From Nitrospirota bacterium (GTDB lineage: Bacteria > Nitrospirota > Nitrospiria > Nitrospirales > Nitrospiraceae), in NCBI GenBank assembly GCA_963701855.1, contig CAVPBK010000005.1:64001-128000 (forward strand): 64,000 bases of DNA, given 5' to 3'. Position 1 is the stretch's first letter. Every line of letters begins with the position of its first letter. Below, piece after piece: positions 42,085-52,215 of this stretch. The notes under the pieces are model-generated. The model made no database searches and was not told where the DNA came from. It worked only from the letters and a program-made list of their open reading frames with translations. The translations under genes were made by a program, and so were the position numbers.

Positions 42085-42870
42085 CAAGACCATTTTTACG
42101 TCAGGAAAACCTCACGGAACTGGATTGGGGATGGCTATCTGCAAGAACATCATCGAGGGCCATCATGGAGATATCCATCTGACAAGCGAAGTCGGAACAG
42201 GCACCACCGTGAATATTTGGCTGCCGTTATCCCAAGATAGCCAGCTGGTGAAAGGCTAGCCCCTGCAGGCATCATCTTTGTGGTTGACGAAGAGCAGGCG
42301 ACCCGCTCTGCCATTACCAAACGGCTGACTCGGCAAGGCCACCATGTGGTGGTTGGGCATGAAACCGGTGAAGCGTTGCTGGAGGGGCTTCAATACAACC
42401 TTCCTGACCTTGTGTTGCTCGATGTGAAAATTCCATTTCTTCAACGGTCTGAAGCACATGCTTTAACGCATCTAGCTGGCTCAGGAGTTCAACAAACCAA
42501 TTTCTGATATTGCTCCAGCAGCGCGTGCGATACTGGAGCGATACCAATATCCCGGAAACGTTCGTGAGCTTTAGAATATTCTCGAACGGGCTTTGATATT
42601 TTGCCAGGGACGGACGCTTAAGCTCACTTGTTTGCCAAGTGAATTGTGTGAGATCTCACCGCATGTGGCAGTGGCCTCAGAAACTGTGACAGATTCGGTG
42701 GTCCGGATCGATATGAAGCTCGGACAATAGACCCTCGCTGACATTGAGCGGATGATCATCGCTGAAGTCTTGCGGCTGACGAGCTACAATAAGACGTTGG
42801 CTGCCAAGCAGCTAGGTCTCACTCGTTTTTCGCTCGATCGACGGTTAAAGAAGGTTGCAGACTGATGAGG
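42085..42870 (+). pseudogene. Decayed histidine kinase plus sigma-54 response regulator remnant
   Basis: Fragments GTGLGMAICKNII..HHG, IFVVDEE...VLLDVK, YPGNVREL*NILERAL and NKTLAAKQLGLTRFSL. Confidence 0.75.
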
Positions 42871-43120
42871 CGAACTTTTTCACTTGGCTGCCGAGTTTCT
42901 GGTTTGTCCTTGTAGGGAGATATCGACGAGGGTCGCCGCTTGATTGCTCAGATCCACAACTCTTCCGGTGTTATTTTCTGATCGTGGGTTCATTCCAGCG
43001 ACTGCCTATCCGTGAAGACGGCGCTCGAGAGAACGAGCGGGAGAATGTCATGCACTTCGTGCCTGACAGGCGTGTTGCGCCGTCTTCGAGATGTCCATAT
43101 AAGCATTCTTCTCGTTCCAT

Positions 43121-43166
43121 AAAAAAGCCGATCCGCCGGCCCGTCTCACGACGGCGGCGGATCGGC
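43121..43166 (-). terminator. Rho-independent terminator after amoB
   Basis: GCCGATCCGCCG...CGGCGGATCGGC stem followed by U6 on the minus strand. Confidence 0.8.
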
Positions 43167-43189
43167 GTCACGCTTACGTGACTAAACCC

Positions 43190-44455
43190 TTAGCTTGCTG
43201 AGGCCCTCGTGAAGACCGGGATGATGTTACCAGCAATACTGTTGATGTGGCGATTGCCGGATTCGTCCCAAGCCATGATGAGACCTCCGAAGCGCTGATC
43301 AGGATCGTGGACCAGGTCCATAAGTCTCTGTATTTCCCAGAGCGAGTCTCTCGAGTCGAGCTTGACCTCTTTGCTTTCGCCCGGGTTGATTGGTGACTCA
43401 TCCTCGATATGCAAGCCGTCTGTTGCCATAATCTCCGCTGGGTAGTCCGGGTCCATGTTGTTGGCTACGCCAACCTTGTTGAGGAACCGGATACCTGCTG
43501 TTGTGAACTCTCCAATCCTGAGTGGCTGTTCACCGCTGTTGGTCACCTGCAGGGTCATGCGCAGGGCGCGACCAGGAACATCGTAATCTGCGGCGAGCAC
43601 CTTTACCGTAAGATCCGACTTCAAATGAGTCGCCTTGATCTTTGGTTCACCCGCCTGGAGCGGGATGGTATACGGATACTGACTGTCCGTAACGAAGAAA
43701 CCAATGGCAATCAAAACAAAGACCACTCCTAGCATCCCAAAGGCCACTACGCGATCAACTGGATCGTTCAACAGTGCGTCTCCACCCTCTTGGGCCAACA
43801 CACGCGCACGAATGAGGAACATTGGTCTGATCATGAACCAGCCGATCCAGGCAAATCCAAGCCCACCCCATAACAAATGCCAGAAGAGCCCGGCCGCTAG
43901 GCCTGCGGTTTCTGTATCGATGGTTCCTCCAACCAACAGCTTTGCTGGGTTGGTGAAATCTTTATAATTGCCTGTGATATCCATCCAGCCTCCAGGTCCG
44001 GCGATAGGCCCGGCCCCATTGACTGCCAACATCGGGTGGATGTGGTGGTGGCCAGGTAACCGGCCCCTCAGTTTAATCACGTATTCGTAGTCCCCACCGA
44101 TCTCCACCGGGCCCGAGGTGAACATCGGAACCCCGTTCACTTTCGAGCTGAGACGTGTGAACACCGAACTTGGGCTCCCCACGTTGATGAACGTACGATT
44201 GGGCTTGACGACGGCCCGAGGCCAGTCTTCCGATATGTGCAACTTCCCCGACAACATCGCTTCATCGTTGACGGCGGTTTTCGACGGATTCCACCTTGTG
44301 TCGTACCATTGAGCGGTACGCATCCGCAGGAACGGTTCCTGAGAGCGCTCCCCGTGGGCGGCAGCGGGTGAGGCATTGAACACCAGGGTGAGCCCCAGCG
44401 TCGCCATCCCGAGGGAGCCAATCACGCACAATTTGAATATGTTTTTAGCGTTCAT
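43190..44455 (-). CDS. amoB: Ammonia monooxygenase subunit B
   Basis: Signal peptide, then HGERSQEPFLRMRT; HHIHP copper site; RIGEFTTAGIRF. Confidence 0.97.
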   Translation of the reverse strand: MNAKNIFKLCVIGSLGMATLGLTLVFNASPAAAHGERSQEPFLRMRTAQWYDTRWNPSKTAVNDEAMLSGKLHISEDWPRAVVKPNRTFINVGSPSSVFTRLSSKVNGVPMFTSGPVEIGGDYEYVIKLRGRLPGHHHIHPMLAVNGAGPIAGPGGWMDITGNYKDFTNPAKLLVGGTIDTETAGLAAGLFWHLLWGGLGFAWIGWFMIRPMFLIRARVLAQEGGDALLNDPVDRVVAFGMLGVVFVLIAIGFFVTDSQYPYTIPLQAGEPKIKATHLKSDLTVKVLAADYDVPGRALRMTLQVTNSGEQPLRIGEFTTAGIRFLNKVGVANNMDPDYPAEIMATDGLHIEDESPINPGESKEVKLDSRDSLWEIQRLMDLVHDPDQRFGGLIMAWDESGNRHINSIAGNIIPVFTRASAS

Positions 44456-45345
44456 GATTTCCCTTCCGCTAATGTAGCTCCGCCCGACAATCTAGGTGCA
44501 ACTCCATCCGGCGTACCATGTCTCGCTGCATACTCATCTGTACCGACGATCATGATGTCGTTCTTCCGTGACATAACGCCACGTCTACCCTTAACCCAAA
44601 AGAATGCTTGCCCGACAAAGTGCCCCACTTGCCACCAAATGGTGAACATCAACATGGAGATGAAGGCCGAGAAGAACGCGGAAATCCAGACGGTGTGGCC
44701 GCCAAACGTACGCAGCGATCCCACCTCGATGATCCGGATATATTCAGGTGTCCCCGTACGGACATAGGTGAATCCCATGTAGTCTGCCAGAGATAGCAGC
44801 TGACCATCCACCACCATCGGTTGATGGCTGTACCCGAATAGGGCATAGTTTGTCGGATTAAACATCATCGCGAACGCCCATACCCCGAATATCGCTGTGA
44901 GCATCCAACTCCGAGTCAGCAACAGGGTACAGTCGAGGATCAGCGCACTGGAGACCATGGTGGCCGGCATGACGAAGTTTGCCGGAAAGTTGGCCCACCA
45001 GTACCAGGCAAACAGAACCGTGATCCATTTCCCGACAAGGAGCCCCGTGATGCTCAACGTGGCACCAAACGGTTGCCGATAGAATGTCCAGAAGTAGTAC
45101 ATGATCGCTCCGGGATACATGACCTCTACAATTGGTGTGACCGTCACCCAAAACTGCCGGTCCTTCCAATCGATCCAGAAATCCCAGTCTCCTGCAAGCA
45201 GGTCGAAGTGCATATGAAAGGTTGCGAACACCCCTAAATACGCAATCGGAAGAAAATACACCGCGTCTATCATTCTTGACAGCTTGACGCCTTCCGGCGG
45301 AAGCTTGCTGGCTTTGATAATCTCAGCGGTTCTAAACAGTGCCAT
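44452..45345 (-). CDS. amoA: Ammonia monooxygenase subunit A (comammox clade B type)
   Basis: HMHFDLLAGDWDFWIDWKDRQFW and YVRTGTPEYIR; clade-B primer-site motifs present. Confidence 0.97.
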   Translation of the reverse strand: MALFRTAEIIKASKLPPEGVKLSRMIDAVYFLPIAYLGVFATFHMHFDLLAGDWDFWIDWKDRQFWVTVTPIVEVMYPGAIMYYFWTFYRQPFGATLSITGLLVGKWITVLFAWYWWANFPANFVMPATMVSSALILDCTLLLTRSWMLTAIFGVWAFAMMFNPTNYALFGYSHQPMVVDGQLLSLADYMGFTYVRTGTPEYIRIIEVGSLRTFGGHTVWISAFFSAFISMLMFTIWWQVGHFVGQAFFWVKGRRGVMSRKNDIMIVGTDEYAARHGTPDGVAPRLSGGATLAEGKS

Positions 45346-45466
45346 TTGTCCCCTCCTCGCTCGTTCTGAACATCTGTTCCCTCCCTAAATTTCCAACTGG
45401 CTGGGCGGCCCCGCTCTTTCCGGCATCCGGAGTACGGGGCCAGCCCGCCAAAGTCGACGGCACGAC

Positions 45467-46264
45467 TTAGTACGGGATCACGTGCAAGCAGTCCTTGCTC
45501 TCGTTGTTCCAGACCACATCGCACAGGTTCGACATGCGCGCGACGATCTGCGCCGCGACGCCGCCCGTGCCCCCGAACAATCCGCACCAGCCCAGAGTCA
45601 CAAAGCCCCAGTGCAATGGCGCCGCAAAGAGTTCATCGACGAACCAGAACGCATGCCCCCACTCATTGAGGCCCACGTTGGGAAGAATCATCATCGGCCC
45701 CACGATCGCCCCCACCAAGGGGAACGACACCGCCTTGCTGAACTGCGGCAGCCGGGTCATGGCATACAGATAGCTCGCCACGCCACAGGTGATGTACAAC
45801 GGGAAGGTGAAGTAGAAGGCAATGATATGGCTGGCCGTGAAGCTGGTGTCGCGGATGATCACCTGGTGCCACGACGCATCCTGCTCCAAAGTGTACGAAC
45901 CCGCCCAGTACACGCCGAACACGTATACCGCAAGCCACATCATCCAATAGAAGTACCGCTTGAGCTCGGTCTTGGGATCCACGTTGGCAATGTTGCGATC
46001 CCGGGTACTCCATATCCACCCAAGGGTGGAGGCCGAGAAGATGATGTTGGAAATCACGTTAAAGCGCCACAGCCCCATCCAGACATTTTCGAACTCCGGC
46101 GTCATGGAGTCCAAGCCGTGGGAATACCCAAAGACGCGCTGAAAGACGACCTCGGCCCCTACCGCCGCCAACATCGTAAACCAGCCGATCTTGAGGGGCC
46201 GGGAATCGTACCAGAGCGACATGTCGTAGCCCCGATCCGCCCCTCCCCATGTTGTACTAGCCAT
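45467..46264 (-). CDS. amoC: Ammonia monooxygenase subunit C
   Basis: [49 protein letters not shown]. Confidence 0.97.
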   Translation of the reverse strand: MASTTWGGADRGYDMSLWYDSRPLKIGWFTMLAAVGAEVVFQRVFGYSHGLDSMTPEFENVWMGLWRFNVISNIIFSASTLGWIWSTRDRNIANVDPKTELKRYFYWMMWLAVYVFGVYWAGSYTLEQDASWHQVIIRDTSFTASHIIAFYFTFPLYITCGVASYLYAMTRLPQFSKAVSFPLVGAIVGPMMILPNVGLNEWGHAFWFVDELFAAPLHWGFVTLGWCGLFGGTGGVAAQIVARMSNLCDVVWNNESKDCLHVIPY

Positions 46265-46370
46265 ACACTGACCTCCTTGTTAAGTGATTGAGACCCACCG
46301 CTTACTTCCAGAGAAAAATTCTCCGGCGAAACATTGATACTGGTTGCTGCCGTTAGATCTGCGTGGCGGG

Positions 46371-46400
46371 AGATTAGCGGATACAGTTTCTTGATGTCAA
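46371..46400 (-). promoter_or_regulatory. Candidate sigma-70 promoter of amoCAB
   Basis: TTGACA-N18-TAATCT, about 105 bp upstream of the amoC ATG. Confidence 0.55.
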
Positions 46401-46451
46401 GTAGAATATCCAAGGTGGAAGCCTTGTCTCGCCTGCAAAATGCGTGCAACG

Positions 46452-47455
46452 ATCTATGCACTTAACTCCAGTTTATCGCCTACTATTTATGAGGTGGCTG
46501 CAGTCAGCCTCGAGTAGGGGATAGGCTCAATCGCGACGGTTTGTGCGACAAGTTTGTAGAACAGTTTCCAGCGGTATCTCGACGTTCGACGATTGAACCG
46601 AAATGTGAATTCGTCGAGATAGGAGTCCAGTTGCTCACGGGACAATGCACCTTTATGGGTACCCATTAACCAACGTTTCAATAAGGAAGACACCTGGTGC
46701 ACGCGGGGTAGCAAAGCCGACGTTATTTTGCCGCTGGTGTTGATCAGACGCGGTTGGTGCTTGAAGCCTTCCTGCTTCAAGCCCGCATAGGCCTTCCATC
46801 CATCTGTAACGACCACGGAACCAGGCTCGACAGCGTATTTCACGAAGGCGACGAGCGAGCTCGGAGAGGCAGAGGGAATCCGTCGCAGGCAGATGCGTCC
46901 AATCCCCTTCCCGTCGACCTGTGCCGCGATCGCCACCAGGGCCTTGCTTCCCATGTGCCGACGGCTTCGTCCAGCCTCGACGCCCACCACATATGTTTCG
47001 TCCACTTCAATCTGGCCTCCCAGGCTGTCCCAGCCAGGCCGCACTACTGCGCGTCGCAGTTTCTGCAGCCACAACCACGCCGTCCTGTAACTGCCAAAGC
47101 CCAGTAGGCGCTGTAGCCCCAAGGCGCTGAGCCTATGTTTCTGATCGGTCATCCACCACATGGCTCGGAACCAGTCCTGCAGAGGAAGGCGGGTTCGATG
47201 AAAGATCGTTCCAGCCGTTACTGAGGCTTGGTATCCACACCGGCGGCACATCAAAAGGCATCGTGTGGTTGTCCAACTGCCGCTGGTCATGCATTGGGGG
47301 CAACAGAACCCGGTCGGCCACCGCAGCCTGGCCAGATAGGCACGGCAGGCACCTTCTGTAGCGAAGCGCTGTTCGAACTCGGAAAGGGTTCGCATATAGT
47401 CCTCCACGGTATAACTCCAGCACGTCTGGCGCGAACTGGAGTTAAGTGCATAGCC
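46452..47455 (-). mobile_element. IS1595-family element
   Basis: Perfect 20-bp IRs CTATGCACTTAACTCCAGTT at 46454-46473 and 47434-47453. Confidence 0.9.
46487..47407 (-). CDS. IS1595 transposase
   Basis: Zn ribbon CPQC...CRRC, SVTAGTIF, EVDETY, TDGW, YLDEFTFRFNRR. Confidence 0.9.
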   Translation of the reverse strand: MEDYMRTLSEFEQRFATEGACRAYLARLRWPTGFCCPQCMTSGSWTTTRCLLMCRRCGYQASVTAGTIFHRTRLPLQDWFRAMWWMTDQKHRLSALGLQRLLGFGSYRTAWLWLQKLRRAVVRPGWDSLGGQIEVDETYVVGVEAGRSRRHMGSKALVAIAAQVDGKGIGRICLRRIPSASPSSLVAFVKYAVEPGSVVVTDGWKAYAGLKQEGFKHQPRLINTSGKITSALLPRVHQVSSLLKRWLMGTHKGALSREQLDSYLDEFTFRFNRRTSRYRWKLFYKLVAQTVAIEPIPYSRLTAATS

Positions 47456-47791
47456 TAATTCGCATGCAAAAAAATATACAAAGTTGTATTAAAAATCAAG
47501 CTTACTGGGAGATCTATGCGCCAAGCAATATCCGTGCCGGCTTGGCCATGAACGATCAGTCACGCTTTCTCAATCCTGTGCCCACCGTACCATACTGGAC
47601 GTAACTGACTCATCCGATTGTTCGCGTGTATTCACGAGTGGCGCTGCGAACCACGACTTCAAGGACCACGGTCACATGGGTCTGACACGCTCGGGTTGTC
47701 GGGAGCACAGCCTCCATTCCACTTCCTGATAATGACTGTTGAAAATCTAGCTGCGCAATCCACGCCACACCCCGTTACTTCCACACGAAGC

Positions 47792-49813
47792 TCAGTGCAC
47801 ATGGTCGTCTGGTGGCGGACGGAGTTCCTTTTCCCGATTGAGTTGTTCGATCTGCCGCGTCAGTTCGCCGATGTCTGTCCACCCCGCCCCGTCCGCGTTA
47901 GGAATCCAGCGCGCTCGCAAATAACCGTAACGATCTATGAGGAACTCCATGTGCTTGGGTGATGTTCCCTCACCAGCCAGATCAGGGTTGCTGAGAGTCC
48001 TACGGAATAGAGCATAGCTGCGTGCGATCTCTGGCGCTCCTTGTGTCGCCACTGGAAAAGGCATGTCTGCTGTGATCGTCGCCAGGTCTTCTGGGTTGAG
48101 ATCATTCACTGGTGCCGCCAAAATCACCGTATTGGCGGCGCTTAGTGTGGCATAAGCCAGCCGCAGCTGATCGAGCCTCGCGCGTGACTCCGGCCACGAA
48201 AACAGGACTAGCAGTACCGCTTTCTGCCGACGGAAGTCCTTCAAGGTACCGCTCGTACCGTCATGCGCGGAGTAGGAGAAATTCTGCGGGGCCATGTAGG
48301 GCTGATTGGGAGCGACGTAGGGATTAATGAGGCGAGCTTGATAGCCGCGGGATGTGGCATGGAGAAAGTTCACGACATCCCAACGATCCTCTTCCGAGAG
48401 TTTGTCCGCAAATGCCGGCATGCCGGTACCGGGAATACCATGGGTCAGCCAGTGGAAAAAGTCTCCAGCAGTGTGCTTGGCCGTGTGCGGTTCTGTGAGC
48501 AGATCCACCGGTGGTATAGCGAAGGTCTTGGCCAGAACGCCATTGCCCTTGGCTTGGGGTCCGTGGCAGAGCACGCAATTCGTGGCAAATATGGTCGCAC
48601 CGTTGGCAACGGAAATGGCGTCGAACGGGACCGGTGTCTTGCGGTAGGTTTCCGGAAAAGCTTGAGTGGCAAGGGGAGGCAGCGCCGCAACCAGTGCACA
48701 GAGTGCCAGTAGGGCTGGGATGGCAATGCGCCACTTCGTTTCCCAGAGCTTGGTTCGACCGAGGACAACTGCCCCGCCTGCCAGGGTAAGCAGTGCGATT
48801 CCGACCCCCCCGCCGATCATTACGCCCAACCCGCCCCAAGTGGCGTCGATGGAGAAGCGGAATGGATAGGGCCAGTCCTCAATGACGGCATGTTTCGCCG
48901 GCACGGCGTTGGCTAGCATTGTCGCCACCAATACCAGTACCAACGCGATTACGAATTCGATGGTGACCCACTTTCGAAGTCCCTGTTTGCCGACTGCAGC
49001 CACGTCCGTGTTCTGGTCGAGTGACGGAATCCAGATGCGGCGCGCACACGCGCCGATCACGAGAATCGGCGCGAGCAACGCAAGCTTTGTATTGAGAAAC
49101 CAGCCCCAGCTCGTTGCGACCAATGCGGCGTAGCTCGTGTCCACCATGTCATTCGCAACGATGATGCCGGTGCCCACGACAGCGACCATCACAGGAAGCG
49201 CTATTGCAGAGAATCGCTTCATGGTCTGGATGTCGAACCGATCCACTTCCTCGTGTGATCGTTTCCCGACGGTGGCGAACATTATTGAGAGAATAGCCGG
49301 CAGCCCTCCGAGCCAGACGCTTGCCAGAACAATATGCAGCGCGTAAGGCAGCACCGATATCACGGATAGTTCTCCGGCTGCGGAATGGCTTGCGAGCGAT
49401 CCTGCAGCCAGCGTGAGTGCAGCGACGGTCGCGCACAGCACATACCGCCAGCGTGCCCAAGGTGAGAAGCGAATGTAGAGAGCCATTCCGAGCACGAGCA
49501 GCGCAAGGGCCGCGCGCGCCGTCCAGATGAGTCCTATGCGGGTTTTTTGTAAGAGTTCTAGCCAGGCTCCCGGGTGCCAAGCATTTTCAGCCAAGCCCGT
49601 AGCCTGCGCGGTAGTCGTGGCCAGCAAGCCTAGTAACCCCAGCAGAAGCGTGGCCGAAAGCCACGGTAACGCCCGTTCCAGACGGGCTAGCCATGGGCTG
49701 TCGAGTGCGGTTTTCGCATGCACCGCAATTGCAAGAAAAACGCAACTGCCGATCAGGATCATGTTGGACGCAAGCTGCAGCCAGCGGAGCAGCGCGCCGA
49801 TGACCTCGATCAT
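47792..49813 (-). CDS. copD: CopD family copper uptake protein fused to cytochrome c and redoxin-like domains
   Basis: CopD TM region (SHSAA, HIVLASVWLGGL), CVLCH heme motif with GMPAF, C-terminal EFLIDRYGYLRARW. Confidence 0.88.
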   Translation of the reverse strand: MIEVIGALLRWLQLASNMILIGSCVFLAIAVHAKTALDSPWLARLERALPWLSATLLLGLLGLLATTTAQATGLAENAWHPGAWLELLQKTRIGLIWTARAALALLVLGMALYIRFSPWARWRYVLCATVAALTLAAGSLASHSAAGELSVISVLPYALHIVLASVWLGGLPAILSIMFATVGKRSHEEVDRFDIQTMKRFSAIALPVMVAVVGTGIIVANDMVDTSYAALVATSWGWFLNTKLALLAPILVIGACARRIWIPSLDQNTDVAAVGKQGLRKWVTIEFVIALVLVLVATMLANAVPAKHAVIEDWPYPFRFSIDATWGGLGVMIGGGVGIALLTLAGGAVVLGRTKLWETKWRIAIPALLALCALVAALPPLATQAFPETYRKTPVPFDAISVANGATIFATNCVLCHGPQAKGNGVLAKTFAIPPVDLLTEPHTAKHTAGDFFHWLTHGIPGTGMPAFADKLSEEDRWDVVNFLHATSRGYQARLINPYVAPNQPYMAPQNFSYSAHDGTSGTLKDFRRQKAVLLVLFSWPESRARLDQLRLAYATLSAANTVILAAPVNDLNPEDLATITADMPFPVATQGAPEIARSYALFRRTLSNPDLAGEGTSPKHMEFLIDRYGYLRARWIPNADGAGWTDIGELTRQIEQLNREKELRPPPDDHVH

Positions 49814-50214
49814 TTCTTTTGCACTTTGCCCTTTACCGTGAAGTCGAAGGACGACTCCACCACGTGACCGTCTACCGACAGTACTCGAAACTTTACTGAA
49901 TACTTTCCGGGCGTCAACTCCGGCAATGGGAGAACGATGGACTTTGGGTCATCTGGAGTAAGTTGAGGCTTGATCTCGGTAACGGGATGTTTCTCGGCGT
50001 CGAGTACAACAAGCGACGCGTACTCGCCTTCGAGTTCCTCGTTGAACCAGAGTCGCACCTGCGCCGGCGCCTTGGCGAGGACAGCCCGGCGTGGCGGCTC
50101 TGCCTTGACCAGCATTGAATGCGCCAGCGCTGGGGCGGCATGCGCGCCCATCGCCATCAGCATCGCTACTCCTATCATGACGCGCTTGAGTGCATGAACC
50201 GCCCATGATTCCAT
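49810..50214 (-). CDS. copC: Periplasmic copper-binding protein CopC
   Basis: ALA-HSMLVKAEP...VLSVDGHVV; GGAGAGGGG RBS. Confidence 0.9.
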   Translation of the reverse strand: MESWAVHALKRVMIGVAMLMAMGAHAAPALAHSMLVKAEPPRRAVLAKAPAQVRLWFNEELEGEYASLVVLDAEKHPVTEIKPQLTPDDPKSIVLPLPELTPGKYSVKFRVLSVDGHVVESSFDFTVKGKVQKK

Positions 50215-50308
50215 TGGATCTCCCCCTCTCCTTGACTGCTGCGTTCGAGTAAAGCAGCCGGTCTTTTGCACGCCTCGGTTCGGCGTACTGCTCTCAGTGA
50301 CTGGCTGC

Positions 50309-50896
50309 CTAAGAAGCGGTGCGAACCGACGGCTTGCGACGACTGCGCAGGAAAAAGAATATCGCCGCTCCACCGGCAATCGCTGCAAGCGGGACTATGA
50401 CCATGATGTAGTGCATGAAGTGCGAAACCACTCCCGATTCTCCTACCGAGATCGGGAATCGCGCGATATGTTCCTCCTTGCCGCCAACGGTGACTACACC
50501 GATGAAATTGCCTGGCTGGGTGAAGTTATATTCGAAATTAATGAACCCCCCAGGGTAGACCTTGGCCGGCAGGTGAAGGACCGTGTTGGCCTGAAGATCC
50601 TGTTCCGAACCCGTATCCTTGATGACCCGGACCTCGACGGGCAACGAGCGGAGTTCCCCTTCTATATAATCGAGCACCAACACCGTGCGTCCGATCGACG
50701 GAACATCCCCGCAGAGTTCCCTCGAGGCTGAGGTATCAGGTTGATATTCTGTAAGATGCATGCCGTAGGGTCCGAGCTTGAGTATGCAGAAGTTTTTGTC
50801 CAATTCGTGAAAGTGCTGGGCCTGTGCGGAGAGCGGAGCTCCGATCGCCAATATCAAGAAGCACACGCAAGCAGGTTTGAGAAATTGCAAAGACAT
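50309..50896 (-). CDS. amoD: AmoD/PmoD family protein, copy 2
   Basis: C...GPY.MH, ELCGDVPSIGRTVLVLDY, C-terminal TM; paralog of 50990-51568. Confidence 0.8.
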   Translation of the reverse strand: MSLQFLKPACVCFLILAIGAPLSAQAQHFHELDKNFCILKLGPYGMHLTEYQPDTSASRELCGDVPSIGRTVLVLDYIEGELRSLPVEVRVIKDTGSEQDLQANTVLHLPAKVYPGGFINFEYNFTQPGNFIGVVTVGGKEEHIARFPISVGESGVVSHFMHYIMVIVPLAAIAGGAAIFFFLRSRRKPSVRTAS

Positions 50897-50989
50897 CGTC
50901 AGTATCCTCATCATTATCATCTTTTAGACAGCTCAATTTTCTCGTTGAACCAGAGTTGCAACTGCTCATTGGACCGGATGGCCGGTCGC

Positions 50990-51568
50990 TTACGAAACGG
51001 TATTGCTCGACGTTGTGCCACGCCCGCGCAGGGCAAAGAAGATCACTCCGATAACGGCAACCCCTGCGAGCGCAATCAAGAAGTAGGTAGGGGGTAACCA
51101 TATTTTTGTTTCCCCTACCGAGAACGGAAATCGCGATACATGTTTATCACCTACGGTGACCAGACCAACGAATTTGCCAGGCTGGTCAAAGTTATATTCG
51201 AAATTAACCGAGCCGGCAGGGTAGACCTTGGGCGGTAGGTGAAGAATCGTGATGGCCTGAAGGTCTTGCTCCGACCCCGTATCCTTGATGATCCGAACCT
51301 CGGTGGGCAACGGGCGCAGTGCATCTTCCATATAATCGAGCACCACGACTGTACGGCCCGTCGCGGGAATGTCCTCACAGAATTCCTTATTGCGGGTGTT
51401 GTCTGGCTGATAGCCGGTAAAGTGCATGTTGTACGGGCCGATCGTGAGTCTGCACATGTCCTCGGCCAGTGCCAATCCTCCGTGAGCCTGGGCCTGTGTG
51501 GAGAATATAACCCCCATCGCCAGCATCAAGAAGCACAAGCCAGCAGATTTCACCAATTGCACAGCCAT
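50990..51568 (-). CDS. amoD: AmoD/PmoD family protein, copy 1
   Basis: AQAHGGL...DMC..IGPYNMHFTGYQP...EFCEDIPATG; GGAGG RBS. Confidence 0.85.
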   Translation of the reverse strand: MAVQLVKSAGLCFLMLAMGVIFSTQAQAHGGLALAEDMCRLTIGPYNMHFTGYQPDNTRNKEFCEDIPATGRTVVVLDYMEDALRPLPTEVRIIKDTGSEQDLQAITILHLPPKVYPAGSVNFEYNFDQPGKFVGLVTVGDKHVSRFPFSVGETKIWLPPTYFLIALAGVAVIGVIFFALRGRGTTSSNTVS

Positions 51569-51621
51569 TGTCAGTATCCTCCCTCTCGAATGTTGAACCA
51601 TGTGCTCGCGGGCCGGAGCGC

Positions 51622-52215
51622 CTAGTTTCCCGTACGGCGGACTGCCCACCAATTCCGCAGCCATTTCGATCGTATGAGTATGTATCCAATGAATGCAACT
51701 ACCAGCACTCCTATCGCCGGTCCTGTCATGGTACGTATAAGCTTCTGGTAGTCGATCATGTGTACCCGCAAGAGATACTGCGGGTGCTTCATGAGATTCT
51801 GCTTCTCCGCCGAAATAGTTACCGTATACAGGCCCTCATCCAATCTGACTTCGCCTCTGAGCACTCCGTCCGGGTGAGTGCTTGGGCGAAAATCTGCCAC
51901 AATCTGATCTTCTGTCGCATTGTTCCCATTGCCCTTCATAATCCGCATACCGATAGGCTCGCTGCGTAACGCCGGGTCCACGAGGTCTACGACTAGGAAG
52001 GTGTCGCCTTCCTTGGGAATGTCTGTGCAGTATTGACCCTTCAGCTCGTATTGAGGCTGGTAGGCGCTGAAATGCACCATGCGCTCACCTACTCGGCGCA
52101 AGCATGGGTCGTCTTCTCCGCTCGTTGTTCCATGTGCAGAAGCGACTCCAGGATGGTCCAGTGCGGCAAGAAGAATGAGCACCATAAGGCCTGCTCTTGT
52201 CACTTGCCTAATCAT
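51622..52215 (-). CDS. amoE: AmoE (Orf4) family protein
   Basis: AHG...DPC...MVHFSAYQPQ...YCTDIP.EG.TFLVVDLVD; C-terminal TM. Confidence 0.8.
   Translation of the reverse strand: MIRQVTRAGLMVLILLAALDHPGVASAHGTTSGEDDPCLRRVGERMVHFSAYQPQYELKGQYCTDIPKEGDTFLVVDLVDPALRSEPIGMRIMKGNGNNATEDQIVADFRPSTHPDGVLRGEVRLDEGLYTVTISAEKQNLMKHPQYLLRVHMIDYQKLIRTMTGPAIGVLVVAFIGYILIRSKWLRNWWAVRRTGN

Noticed and set aside
43190..46264. Particulate methane monooxygenase (pmoCAB)
   Set aside because: Clade B comammox amoA signatures and linkage to haoAB/ccm indicate AMO.
45482..46291. 269-aa antisense ORF over amoC
   Set aside because: Mirror-frame shadow ORF.
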